From the NCBI GenBank assembly GCA_013115145.1, contig JAAPAO010000376.1, forward strand, positions 1 through 34,696: DNA of 34,696 bases, read 5' to 3'. This DNA comes from Perkinsus chesapeaki ATCC PRA-425 (Eukaryota > Protista > Perkinsozoa). This document shows, piece after piece, positions 9,814 through 20,746 of this stretch. The notes under the pieces were generated by a model. It was not told the origin of the DNA. It made no database searches and saw only the letters and a list, made by a program, of their open reading frames with translations. How positions within the stretch are numbered: the stretch's first letter is position 1; every line of letters starts with the position of its first letter. The translations under genes were made by a program, and so were the position numbers.

Positions 9814-11244
9814 TTATTGTTGAACACAGGCATCCGGTGCTAGAGAACAGCTCTTGGAATCTCGACCAGATAATACCATACACTTTAGACATTTCCACCA
9901 GGATGTCTCAGGGGCTACTACAGCAGCAGGCTCTTGGATCTGCTCAGCCTTATCCTTCTCTATAGTCTGCCGTAAGAGGTCTATTGTCAATGCCAGCTCC
10001 TGAGTTTGCCGTTCCTGCTTTTCTAAGGACTCGGTGATATTACGCTGCCACCCTGAAGGCTCATACCTCAACAAGAGCTGAATGATTACCTAGATCCTGT
10101 ACTGCACCCGGTATGCTCATACGCATCAACATATGCTGTTCATGGGTACGTAGAGCCTTCTGGCTGAGGGAATGGACCAATGCCCCAGAGGGTGGAGTGG
10201 AGCCTCTTCCACCGGATCGTCTACGCCTCCTTCGCTCATTCGTGAATGGCGTGCTGCTAGCATTGCCTGCAAGGGTTTCAAGTGTGACGATGTGAAACAC
10301 TCCTACTCGAATTGGATCCATGGACGGATTTCTGATCCTCAATATAATCCCTCAGGAACATATAAATAGCATCGGAAATCTCCCCAGTGGTCAGCAGCTG
10401 GGCTGGGTCGTCAGGTATCGCCCTAATACCACCGCTGTCCGGCCTCCTCCAGCCCCATTATTACGCAAGGACGTTATCCCAATAGTTCACTGCCTCCTCG
10501 TTAGTACATGCCTTTTTAACATCCGATACTATAGCGGCTACCGCTCCAGCCTTAACCCCATCAACTTCAGGTCGAGAGGCTTGACATGCATCCAGCACAC
10601 GGTCCCGGAATATACGAATGCCTGTTAGTGCGGTATGATACAGTGGCAAGGATTTACCATATACCATCTAAAATGATATCACCGCTGGAGTCCTCGACAT
10701 CACCTGCTCGATCTATTGCCCTCCAGAATGAAAGGAAATCCATATCCTCATTATCAACCTGTAGAAAGCTGTACTGTAGAGGGGCTGTACTTATTGGCCA
10801 CTTCAGTGAGGTTCAATAAGGTACTCTTCCATCTCTCTATAAGCTGTGGCCTGGGGCATACTGATACATTAGTGTCCTCTGCTGCAGTAACATCATTAGC
10901 ATCTGTCAGGCTTATGAAGGATAGGGAAGGGGATGCATTACCTTCATCATGGGTAGCACAATGGGCAGCATAAAAGTGATAAGAGAACGCTGCATTATGG
11001 AATAGGACCGACTGAGGTACGGCATCCCTATCTGGGACGGCAGTCGAGCGATCTGCCTCTGATGAAATGGACGTCAGTCGTCTGTCTTTCGTAGAGGCCT
11101 ACGATCAGCCTGGTGCTGCTGCTCCCCTTCTATAGTGTTGCTTTGAATAGGTAGACTTATCATAGATGGTGAATCCATACCAATACGCTTGGATGGTGTG
11201 ATGGCATCCGATGCATTCACACCAATGTTGGGGCTGCTAAACAT
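9814..11244 (-). CDS. Multi-exon hypothetical protein with C-terminal coiled coil; start uncertain
   Basis: Exon frames RLTSISSEADRSTAVPDRDAVPQSVLFHNAAF..., VDNEDMDFLSFWRAIDRAGD...|GIRIFRDRVLDACQ..., and LEKQERQTQELALTIDLLRQTIEKDK...CVQQ*, with GT-AG boundaries. Confidence 0.6.
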
Positions 11245-11357
11245 ATTAAGGCTAACAACTACAATGAGGCATTGTCCAATGTTGACTAAATAAACAAGAG
11301 AGCGGTATAGGAAACTATTAATAACACGCAGTATTTATCGACCAGCGTCACTGTCAG

Positions 11358-12790
11358 TTAGAAGGTCTGAGAAATACCACATAAACCCAGGCAGGGCTTA
11401 TCATAAGCCTTACCGCAGAGTCCAGCATGCTTCCCATAATCTGTAGTATATTATCCTCTAACATATCCTCAACATTATGCTCCTAATAATAATCGAGTAC
11501 AGCCCCTCCCCCTAGCCTTCATTATTATTACCAGTCCCTTCTTAGGATCTATCTTTCCAGCATTCTTTACTACTATCTCATCCTCTGTTAACTTAGTCTC
11601 ATCCTGTATTAAATCATTGTATCTGACCCCCGTATAACTCTAATAATAGTGACCCCTATTACCCCTTAGTCATCTTTAATATATTGCTCATAAGCTCTGC
11701 ATTCTTTTTATCATGATCCGAATAACTAGTCAACCTGCGGACATTATTAAGTATTATCTAAGGCTGCTGCAGGTCCCCTGCCTTAGTCCATCCTGCCACT
11801 TCTCTTTATGAAGGTTAAGCAACATCCTCTGCTCCAATGGGTTCTTTTTATAGCTTATAGCGATACCTTAACAGCACCCCGTCTGTATATGATTTATGCT
11901 GTTGCTCTTGTTATTACTGTAATAATGTCTATTGAGACCATGAATCAATGCGGACAATGAAGGCCTGTTAAGATGGCCTATGTTGGAGGTAGTCTGCCTA
12001 GGCTCCTGGCCGAGCATCAGCATTTGAGGGTTTATAAGACGGAAGCAGTCTATGACCACCTTTCCTTTAACAGACTAAAAGAGGAGTAAATATGGTTAAC
12101 AAAGCAAAGGCTCTCCACATCCCCACACCCGAAAGGAGCGTTATTGGTACTACCTGAATGGGATCCACCACTATACCCACTGCTCGGGGGTTAAGCTGCT
12201 CAAACGCCTGTTGAGTGTTGATATCAGTACCAGAGAACCAGCAACCAAAACCAGGATGGGAATGGTACCATCCAACAACGTTTTCGGACCTGCAAACGGT
12301 AATGGAGGAGATACGCCCTTTGGTTTATGACCTTCCAGTCTGATTGAGCATCTCCAACATAGTAGCTTGGAACACTTCATCAATGGATTCTACTGATACA
12401 GTGTTACCTAAGTTGGGGACGTATTAGGGACATAGAAGACTGTTATAACGTACCAGACTGTGGCATGGAGAATACATCAACCACCTTAACAGTATAATCA
12501 TCGATAAACTCACCAAGTAGTAACCCCATGACCTCCATCGGTACACCAGCACGACCTAAATAAGCAACCCTTTACTACGTGTAAGCCTAGCAGCAGCATT
12601 CATACCATGTTTAAGCATCTTAAGTAGTGCTAAACTTGATACAAATACCTGTACTAAATATACCCCCACTTCAGCAGCCTTAGTACTATACCTGTTCACT
12701 TGTATCAGGTAATGTTTGATCCTCTCTACCACCCATCCCAGCCCCTCCACCACCGGCTAGGTTTTGCAACTGTTGCTGTAGGTTCATCAT
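11358..12790 (-). CDS. RPN11: 26S proteasome regulatory subunit RPN11 (PSMD14), JAMM metalloprotease, multi-exon
   Basis: [20 protein letters not shown]|[34 protein letters not shown]..., JAMM motif [53 protein letters not shown]...[14 protein letters not shown], and C-terminus [13 protein letters not shown]|TF*. Confidence 0.97.
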
Positions 12791-12849
12791 CTTTAAGGAG
12801 GGCGGTCAATAGAAAAAGTGCTATTATAACAACAACAGTGCAATTTATC

Positions 12850-12981
12850 GGCGCGTGACACAAAGTCGGCCTTCCTATGTTTCTCTTGCTGAATATATTC
12901 GCCTCTATATACAGTCACACATGAGATTGGAAGAGTCACGGTGATTTTTCCGTGCCGGGGTATAATTTCGTGGCGCGTGAC
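12850..12981. promoter_or_regulatory. Candidate bidirectional promoter with duplicated GGCGCGTGAC motif
   Basis: GGCGCGTGAC at 12850-12859 and 12972-12981, each preceded by AATTT, in the 255-bp gap between the divergent RPN11 and CCDC25 starts. Confidence 0.45.
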
Positions 12982-13045
12982 CCTTTCTCTACCAACCTCT
13001 TCCTTACTTGTTGTTGTTTCTCCTTCCCTCCTTGTTCCTTGAAAT

Positions 13046-14166
13046 ATGGTATTCTTCTACGATTGCTGTGATCCCCGTTATAAGGTGTATATGGGACGGG
13101 ATAAATATGAGAATGAGGAACTACTTAAATATGGATGGCCTGAGGATGTTTGGTTTCATGTAATATCCCTAGGTTGCTACATGCATATAATTTATTTTTG
13201 AACAAAGCATAGGATTTTGTGATCGATTATGGATGCCGGAGTTAGTGTATCAACCTCCAAGGAATCTTTAAATCAGGTTGACGATCATTCATCTGCACAT
13301 GTTTACTTGCGACGGCCTTTGGAGCTCCCTAAGATTGATGATATCCCAGAGGAAGTATTAGAGGAGATGTGCCAGCTTACTAAGAACAATTCTATAGAAG
13401 GAAGCAAGGCACCCAAGGTTGATATAGTGTAAGGGACTCGGGTACGGTGATATAGGCACTAATTGAAAAATAGGAGTATCGTGTGTGAGTAAATATGGAC
13501 CTGTTTTGCGGAGAGCAAACTATATAATCTGACACATATATTGCGAGTTGTGGAAATGTTGGTATTCCAGGTACACAGGTTTCAAGAACCTCCGAAAGGG
13601 TGGGGATATGGCAACTGGACAAGTAGGGTTCCATGACACTAAAAAGTGCAAGTAGGGCTTCCTTATCGATCTGAGCTATGCGGTCATGGCAGACCCTCAG
13701 GTTTGTACGTAACCTTCATCGAGATAGAGAGATTGTTAAGAGAATTGAGAAGACTAAACGGGAGGAAGATGTCGATCTTTACGCCGAGAAGGAGGAGCGT
13801 GATAGGAAGGAACGATTAGCACGGAAGAAGGTAACATTTGGCAGCGGTAGCAGTGATGTTAAGGGATGTATTGCAGGCTGCTAAGGATAGGGCAATTAAA
13901 GAGAAGGCAGAGAAGGAAGCAGCTATTAAGGAAAAAGAACTCCGTAGCTATAAGGCATTCGATGTAATAATAGGGAATCTACGTCTGACAAATATAGTGG
14001 CCGAGGACAGATATAATGCATGTGAAACTGAGATATGGCTTAACTTTATACAGGAACACCACTTTCCCATTGTCAGGAATGTGATGAGTTGAAGACCTCT
14101 AACGCGGATCTAGGCGGTGATGGCACCATAGAGTCATGCCGTGAAATAGAAGATGACTTCATGTAA
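13046..14166 (+). CDS. CCDC25: CCDC25 / Jlp2-like protein (NFACT-R / DUF814 domain plus coiled coil), multi-exon
   Basis: MVFFY...[25 protein letters not shown]|[12 protein letters not shown]...[13 protein letters not shown]...GQVGFH...IVKRIEKTK...ELRSYKAF...EIEDDFM* is typical of CCDC25, including the EDDFM end. Confidence 0.93.
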
Positions 14167-14304
14167 GGATGAGGATGAGGAGGACATCAACAACGTTTAC
14201 TATCACCATCACACTGTTGTATATATCTCCCATTTCTTGGTCCTCGTATATGTCTCTATGACTTGGGTTATAGTAATACTAGTAGGTATTGTTAGTTTTT
14301 TGCA

Positions 14305-15311
14305 ATGGATAACTTGGTTGGTTATATACCGCCTGTGACCAAGGTAATAGGAGGGGTAATGGGTGGCCAGGACGCTAAAGCATCTTACTGTAATATTAGT
14401 ACTACTGCTACTGTATATCAATTCAATGGTGATTCAGCAGCGCTTGTTAGTACTCTTACATTAGTCTAAGTCTAAGATAAGAGTTAAAGTCTTCTTTATT
14501 ATATGGTTATTAGGGTATGCTGGTTATATCCTTTGGCCTTATGGCAGCATGTACCCTTGAGTTCATATCCCCCTTTTCATTATACTTCAACTGGTAATAC
14601 CACCTCCCAATCATCAACGTTACCTCTCTACCCCGATCATTTGTCAGGGAGATGGTATGGGAGCATGGGCAATGGTGGCGACTATTTACGTGTTTCCTAT
14701 TCTATGGTGATCTTGGACTAGGCTTCATGTGGAATGTATACGTTATGTACTTCTATTGCTCCCAATTAGAGGAAGTTGTCTTTAGACAGCGGTAAGGCAC
14801 GGAAGGAGCCGTCTGCAGACCTTAGCACACCTTCAGGTCCGGTGACTTTGTTTATATGCTATTAGTATCTATGTTCATGCTTTTGGGTATATCATTCCTT
14901 ACTGGCCACTTCTCTAACTTTTACTCTGGAGCCATTATTGATGTCATGACGTAGGTCCCACTACTACCACTCATTCTGCTACCTCCAAAGCCAGGTACGT
15001 ATGGGCTCGACGTAACCCTGGTGCCAGAGTACATGTCATTGCCTTCACTGTACAAGCACCTTACCTACCTTGGATACTTGCTGGTATATCATTGGTAATA
15101 AGGCAGATACCACATAGAGTCTGAGTTGTTATTAATTCAGATAATGGGTGGTCAGCTAGCAGACCATCTCCAAGGCATACTGGCTGGACATATCTATTAC
15201 TTCTTTACCGATGTCTACCCTAAGATGCCAACATCTAACGGCCTACAGCTCCTCAGGACACCTAAGCTACTCAAATGGGTATGTGGCCAAAAGGATGACG
15301 AGGCTGCATAG
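14305..15311 (+). CDS. Derlin (Der1-like ERAD rhomboid pseudoprotease), multi-exon
   Basis: MDNLVGYIPPVTK|...SPFSLYFNW|...GQWWRLFTCFLFYG...FYCSQLEE...TYVWARRNP...APYLPWIL...GILAGHIYYFFTDVYP...LLRTPKLL; WR motif and GxxxG present. Confidence 0.93.
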
Positions 15312-15369
15312 CCGAGCGGCGGAAGTAGACCGTTGTATGATATGTCTTATTTTCACTGTTCTATTTGGA

Positions 15370-15748
15370 TTAGCGTTTGAAGTGTTTGTTAATAGTCATC
15401 CAGTTTATTAGTATGGGCAAGCGTCGTTCGGAGCCCCTAAAGACAGTCTTTACTGAGACTGTTGATGAAGGTGGATGGGAGGTAGATGACACTCTTATGG
15501 ATGAGAATGTCCCACTTAAGGCCAACACTCCCCTGTCCCTTGTTATAAGGTAATAAGGGAATTCATCATAGAGTGGTGATGCCACTTGTCGTCAGAGAAC
15601 ACCCCGAAGCTCCCCAAACAAGCACATGGCCATCGGTCATACCGCTCCCTCCACCAAGTCCTCCAGAAGGGTATATACTCGGAGAATTGAGTGATGATGA
15701 ATACATGCTGGGAGAGCTATCTCCATAGTATTGCATTACACCAGGCAT
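15370..15748 (-). CDS. Possible small two-exon hypothetical protein (about 105 aa, Ser/Pro/Tyr-rich)
   Basis: MPGVMQYYGDSSPSMYSSSLNSPSIYPSGGLGGGS is joined by a phase-1 GTATG...AAG intron to VASPLYDEFPYYLITRDRGVLALSGTFSS...KHFKR*. No homology recognised. Confidence 0.35.
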
Positions 15749-15796
15749 TTGTGTTAGTAACAACGCAATAGGTTAAATAATATAGAGAATAGTTCA

Positions 15797-16716
15797 CTAG
15801 TCATCCTTACTGTCCGAAGACTTCTTGAACTCGGACATACCAACATCAGCTTTGCCATCAATCTCTTGATAAACATAAACAACAGCATTGGACCCTTGTA
15901 CCTGATGAAGGATAAAGAGAAGGAGTGGTATACAGCAGTAAGGCCTACAGCCATTAGCATGAACGCAGGTACAGTGGTGCCGTCGGGGCGGACACCAGGG
16001 GCTTGGGACCTAATGAGAAGGGGATAGAAGGAAGCTTGTGCTAAGAGAGCTTACCCTAGAAGGTTAGGGTCATATGCACCTGTTGCTGAGCCTGGGTTAA
16101 TAAAGAATTTACCCTGATATATGAAATATAGAGGTAAGGCGGCGGCAGGTCCTACCCGATGCTCCGTTATACCATGTAGATGTGGTGATCCATACACTAA
16201 GATATCTACATCCAACTTACGTTGCCACATACTCAGGGCCTCCTAAGGTTCATAACAATGTAATTAAATAACATATAGTTGTATAGTACAAGGTCTCCAG
16301 GTGGTGTGATTTGATGACCATGTATAAGACCAATCTTGAAGTCCCCAACCTTGCATGTGATATACTCTGGCAAAGGCTTATCTTCGCTATCGGTATCCTC
16401 TAGTTCCCCTCGAACCTATACCATATTCCCTACCGCTCTCTTTGTTAATCGGTTAAGCCTTACAACGTATATAGACTGTTGGCCCATAACTCTAACGTTT
16501 TCCTGCATCTCCTTACTAGAGCCTATGTTCCCTGTGCAAAGGACTGTCCCTATTTTATCGGTATTCTAATAGGAACCTCTATCAGACCAACCTCCCACCA
16601 TTTACTACTACCAATAGCTCCCTAAAACACAGTGGCAGCTCTTTGGCCCGCTCAGGGATGTACATGTCACCGATGAGGAGGACCAACTCACCAAAGGATG
16701 AGTCCTCGTCTGACAT
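15797..16716 (-). CDS. VPS29: Retromer subunit VPS29, multi-exon
   Basis: [14 protein letters not shown]...[10 protein letters not shown]...VVRGE...[34 protein letters not shown]...[14 protein letters not shown]...[19 protein letters not shown]...EFKK. Confidence 0.94.
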
Positions 16717-16826
16717 CAATCAAAAGGGTACTGATGGAATGAGAAAAGATACTAGGTACTACGCAACCCAGAATCTGATAACGAGAATTTTACAAGATAC
16801 CAGAGCAGCAGCAGCAGTGTACAAGA

Positions 16827-17890
16827 TCAACAGTATTTATCGTGGACCTTCCTAACCCTCATATCTAGCATATCCTCCTTGGTAACATTCTTACTCACCT
16901 TCTCCGAGTGAGCCTTGTAACCGAAGGAACCATGTCTCTCTACATACCTACACCATCCTTATATTACCAATATTACACCCAACCTTACGTGAACAGGTTT
17001 TGCTGTTTCTTTTTGAACTTCTTCTGCAGTTCCTTATCTATAAGGTCCTCTACTGAACCTACTCCATCATTGTAACTAACTAAGTGGTTCGGCTGCTTAC
17101 CTCGGCCTTCGGTGTTGCCCTCCTCGTCTACCTCTTCCTTTTTCATTTTCATCTTAGCCTCCACTTTGCGCCGTAAAACCTCCCCATCCTTACGTACATG
17201 GAACTAACAACGCATCAAGCTTTGTGCTTTACCCAAGTAGGAATACCTCTGTTGTGGTGACGAAGTCCTGGCTGAAGGGATCGGACACCACTAGCGATCG
17301 TGATGATAGAACGCTGATGACCTGTCTTTCCTCAACCTAATATTAAAGTTAACACCAACGAGAGTAAGCCTTTGCAGTACCTGTAGGCTTTGGGGATGAT
17401 GGACGAGGATGGTATCACCTTGCTCTATCTCATCCATAAATTTAGTATTCATTCCCTAAAGTGTGTCGTCCTCCTCCTCTTCTTCTCCCATTGACCATTA
17501 TTACCTGTACTGTACTATTGGTACATACTATCCTTCCTGTGCATTTACGGACAGGGACTTCAGCTGGCTCGGAGGCTACACCATCGGACAGGATACCTAG
17601 AACCGTCAATAATGGTGATAGATTTAGATAACTAATAGGAAAAACCGTTTTAATTAATTCTAGTTAAACGAGCATTACTTGATTATAACTATATTATAAT
17701 TTTATATGGGTAAGATGCCACAGCAAAGGTGATGGGATTTAATAACCTCATCATCTGTGGAATAAGATTGGGTATTACCATCATCTTCGGCTACATGATG
17801 ATGCTTCTTAGACTTCTTCTTTTTCTTAGGTTTATCCCCCTTTAATATTAGAGGCCCTTTCCTTACCCTATCCCCTAATGAAGACATCAT
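16827..17890 (-). CDS. FRG1-like protein (FRG1-type termini, different central domain), multi-exon
   Basis: N-terminus RVRKGPLILKGDKPKKKKKSKK and C-terminus KEDMLDMRVRKVHDKYC* resemble the FRG1 ends (KLVLKG..KSKKKKSK; LLDRRAKLKADRYCK). The middle reads GRIVCTNSTVQGMNTKFMDEIEQGDTILVHHP. Confidence 0.6.
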
Positions 17891-18102
17891 AAAGGGAAGA
17901 CTTCACAACGTGCTTTATCCAACCCATTTCGAGGTCTGCGTCGCTCCGCTAACATGCAAGATTTGTTTACCATTTTTGTCAAATCGTTCTTGAATTGTGC
18001 GTCACTGAACGTGTGTTCCTTGCGTATTTGCCTCTGTAGATTTTATGTTCCCCTTTTATCCCCATCATTTTCTTTATATAGTCATCGTCCTCTTATTGAG
18101 CT

Positions 18103-19490
18103 ATGGGGCTCCAGAAGGTAACCCTGCCGATCGCTGCGCCTGGAAATTGAGTGGCCTGATGGTAGCTCTGAGCTACTAGTGGTCCTCTTAGTCTCTATAG
18201 TGCAGTGCTGCGATTATTATATCCGTTATTAATCTTGTCTGTTGTTGGCGTGGGCCTTCCCATCAATCCACTGTTAAACTGGGGTCTTAGGTATTCCCCC
18301 TACTAACACCACCCTCAAGGCTTCAAGTACTGTTGCCGAAGGAGCGGTAGAGACAGATACACTACCTGAGATGGGGAGGATAGGGGAGGGGATGGTGGAC
18401 AGACCGAAGACAGCCGATGCTGTTATTCTTGATGAGGGCCAGACCTTCAGGAACGATACTCCTTTAGAGCCCTGGGCTAACCGTAGTAGTAAGGCGCTCG
18501 TAGGGGTTAGTACAGAGGGTAGTGGTAAGAGGTCTAGTATACCAGAGATGGGAATGGGGCCACCAATCCCTATTGGGGTGCCATCGGGTAGTTTAGAAGG
18601 CATTAAGGGTGATGATAAGGAGGAGGAGACTACGGGTGGCAAGGGTAAACACAGGAAGCAGAGGCATGGCCGAGTTAGGCATCATCACCTGTCTGAAGCT
18701 GGGCCGGGGAAGGACAGCACCTTCCAAGCAGCTATAATACCAATCGGATTGAATGATTCTATGCAGTCTACTAGGGGGGCACCAGAGGGTTATGTTAGTC
18801 AGCCTGTGGATCAACGAACATCTTCTGCTGATGAAGCAAGGCTTAGTAATGATAATAAGGAGGAGGTTAAGGGATCTGAAGGCAGCATAGTGGATGATGG
18901 GATGATCAGAGGAGAGAGCGGTAAGAGCAATATTGATAGTAATGAACCAGACAAGTCGGAGGATCAAGGGGGTATTCAAGGCCCAGCCGAACATCATAAA
19001 GGGATGAAGCCAGTTGCCGGGCATAATAGTAAAACGGAGCATAGAGCTGCTGCTGCATCGCTCCGCCCTGTGAAAGCATCATCATCACATACTCTACCGT
19101 CGACAGTAGTGAATGGGTCTGCATCCTACGATGATGAAGATGCAGCTAGTAACAATGAAACATCTACTGTAGCCAAGAGTCCAATTGAAGGGGTGCAGCC
19201 TGCTAAGGGATATAATAATGATTTTATGGGAGGCACTGCTGCTGCTGTTAAGCCATCCATAGGTGGTCTAGAGGGGCAAAGGGATATTGACCAAGGTAGC
19301 CATCTGCCTAATGGAGATGTTGCAATGAGTGAGCTCTCCTGTCATATAGAAGGTTCGATATCCATATTATCTTTCAGGATCCTTTATAGCTGTCACTGTT
19401 GTGACGGTTGTATTGGTAATAGGCCTTATTGGGTCCTTTGTATGCTCTAAGGAATCATTCGATACTAGAAGGAGTCGGACAAGGTACTGA
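18103..19490 (+). CDS. Predicted type I membrane or surface protein: signal peptide, large low-complexity ectodomain, C-terminal TM helix; 3' end uncertain
   Basis: Introns 18118-18172 and 18225-18290 give MGLQKLLVVLLVSIVQCC. The 1-kb exon 18291-19328 is S/T/E/D/G-rich. Intron 19329-19377 gives RSFIAVTVVTVVLVIGLIGSFVCSKESFDTRRSRTRY*. Confidence 0.65.
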
Positions 19491-19697
19491 AGAGGGATAC
19501 GGTTAAGAGTGATATTCAAGCTTAATCAATCCTGAGTGCGGTGTAAAGCCAGCAGTCCGGTCCTATTACCATGCCTTTAGATCCCGTAGTAGTTATATAG
19601 TGGCTGTAGATACGATACAGCATATCATGGTAGTAGGAAATTGAACCTACCATCACCAGGGAGGAGGCATAATCTTGTACAGCCCCTCACACCAGCA

Positions 19698-19812
19698 GTT
19701 CAGCAGCAACAACAACAGGTCTGCAGCAGCAGCAGCAGCTCAAACTTATGGGTGTCATCATCACCTCCTCAGGTAGTGTATACATCCTCCTCCTCGTCTT
19801 CATCATCATCAT
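19698..19812. repeat. Low-complexity trinucleotide tracts (CAG/CAA and TCN runs)
   Basis: cagcagcaacaacaacag...gcagcagcagcagcagc and tcctcctcctcgtcttcatcatcatcatcc. Confidence 0.6.
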
Positions 19813-19954
19813 CCAAGAGGTTCTAGATGCTCCTTCCATGCTACCACTGGTGTGACCATCATGCTAAGTTGTCCCTATTAAGCCGCTTGTCGTTATAATA
19901 CGGTTATTGCGTTGTCATGCTCCCCCCTATTGCCACCGTCTTTTCAGTTCCACT

Positions 19955-20746
19955 ATGCCTCCTCTCTCTCACCACACAACCCCCTCCTGTGCTTGTACTG
20001 GTATACGCAGTTGTCGGCTTTGTGAGGATGCCGGGAGCCGGAGTCTCAAACATAATGTCTACAACCCTCAAGAACGGTTCCTTCCGGATGAAGTGCCAGA
20101 GTCAGGCAGGATCGATGCATTGCCACCGGGGCTGCGAGTGGTGCCAAATGCATTTACAGAGGCCGAAGAGAAGGAGCTGCTCTGTGAGGTTTATAAGGGG
20201 GAATGGAAGGCATCTCAGTCGGGCCGACGGAAGCAGGACTATGGTCCACAGGTCAACTTCAAGAAAAACAAATTAAAGTGCCCGGAAAGATTCAAAGGCC
20301 TTCCGCAGTACATGGACGAAGTGTTGGCTCGTGCACACTCTTTATTGGGCATGCCGATGGATTATGAGTGGCATGAGATGGTCGTACAGGAGTATACAGC
20401 GGATAGAGGGAGCAGTATAGCCCTCCATAAGGACCACAGTTGGGTCTGGGCTGATGGTATCTTGGATATATCCCTCGGTGCTGATTCCATCATGACCTTC
20501 GCCAACCCTTCTAGAGGCATTTACTGTGATGTAGAGCTGCCTAGAAGGAGTATATGTTTGATAGGAGGGGAAGCTCAGAGTGAATGGCTGCATGGGATAA
20601 GGCGAGGTAATGCTTGTATAGGCCCCCCCTCAAAAGAGGAGGAGGAGGTGAGGATATCTCTCACACTGAGGGTGCTTACTGAGGAGGCTGCAGCTACTGT
20701 AGGGGGAAAGGAAACTATAAGGAGGTCTCGAATGAGGTGTTGTTAA
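19955..20746 (+). CDS. ALKBH4: ALKBH4-like 2OG-Fe(II) dioxygenase, intronless
   Basis: N-terminal CACTGIRSCRLCE, the SQSGRRKQDYGPQVNFKK motif, HxD (LHKDH), distal H (WLHGI) and RISLTLR; single uninterrupted ORF. Confidence 0.9.
   Translation: MPPLSHHTTPSCACTGIRSCRLCEDAGSRSLKHNVYNPQERFLPDEVPESGRIDALPPGLRVVPNAFTEAEEKELLCEVYKGEWKASQSGRRKQDYGPQVNFKKNKLKCPERFKGLPQYMDEVLARAHSLLGMPMDYEWHEMVVQEYTADRGSSIALHKDHSWVWADGILDISLGADSIMTFANPSRGIYCDVELPRRSICLIGGEAQSEWLHGIRRGNACIGPPSKEEEEVRISLTLRVLTEEAAATVGGKETIRRSRMRCC

Noticed and set aside
18274-19124. Antisense ORFs (18274-18642, 18593-19042, 18906-19124) and similar shadow ORFs such as 27947-28465, 29987-30304 and 26675-27108
   Set aside because: Shadows of low-complexity sense-strand exons; no independent motifs.
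19296-19306. GTAGCCATCTG, a partial spliced-leader-like match
   Set aside because: Lies inside an open coding exon; 11 nt only.
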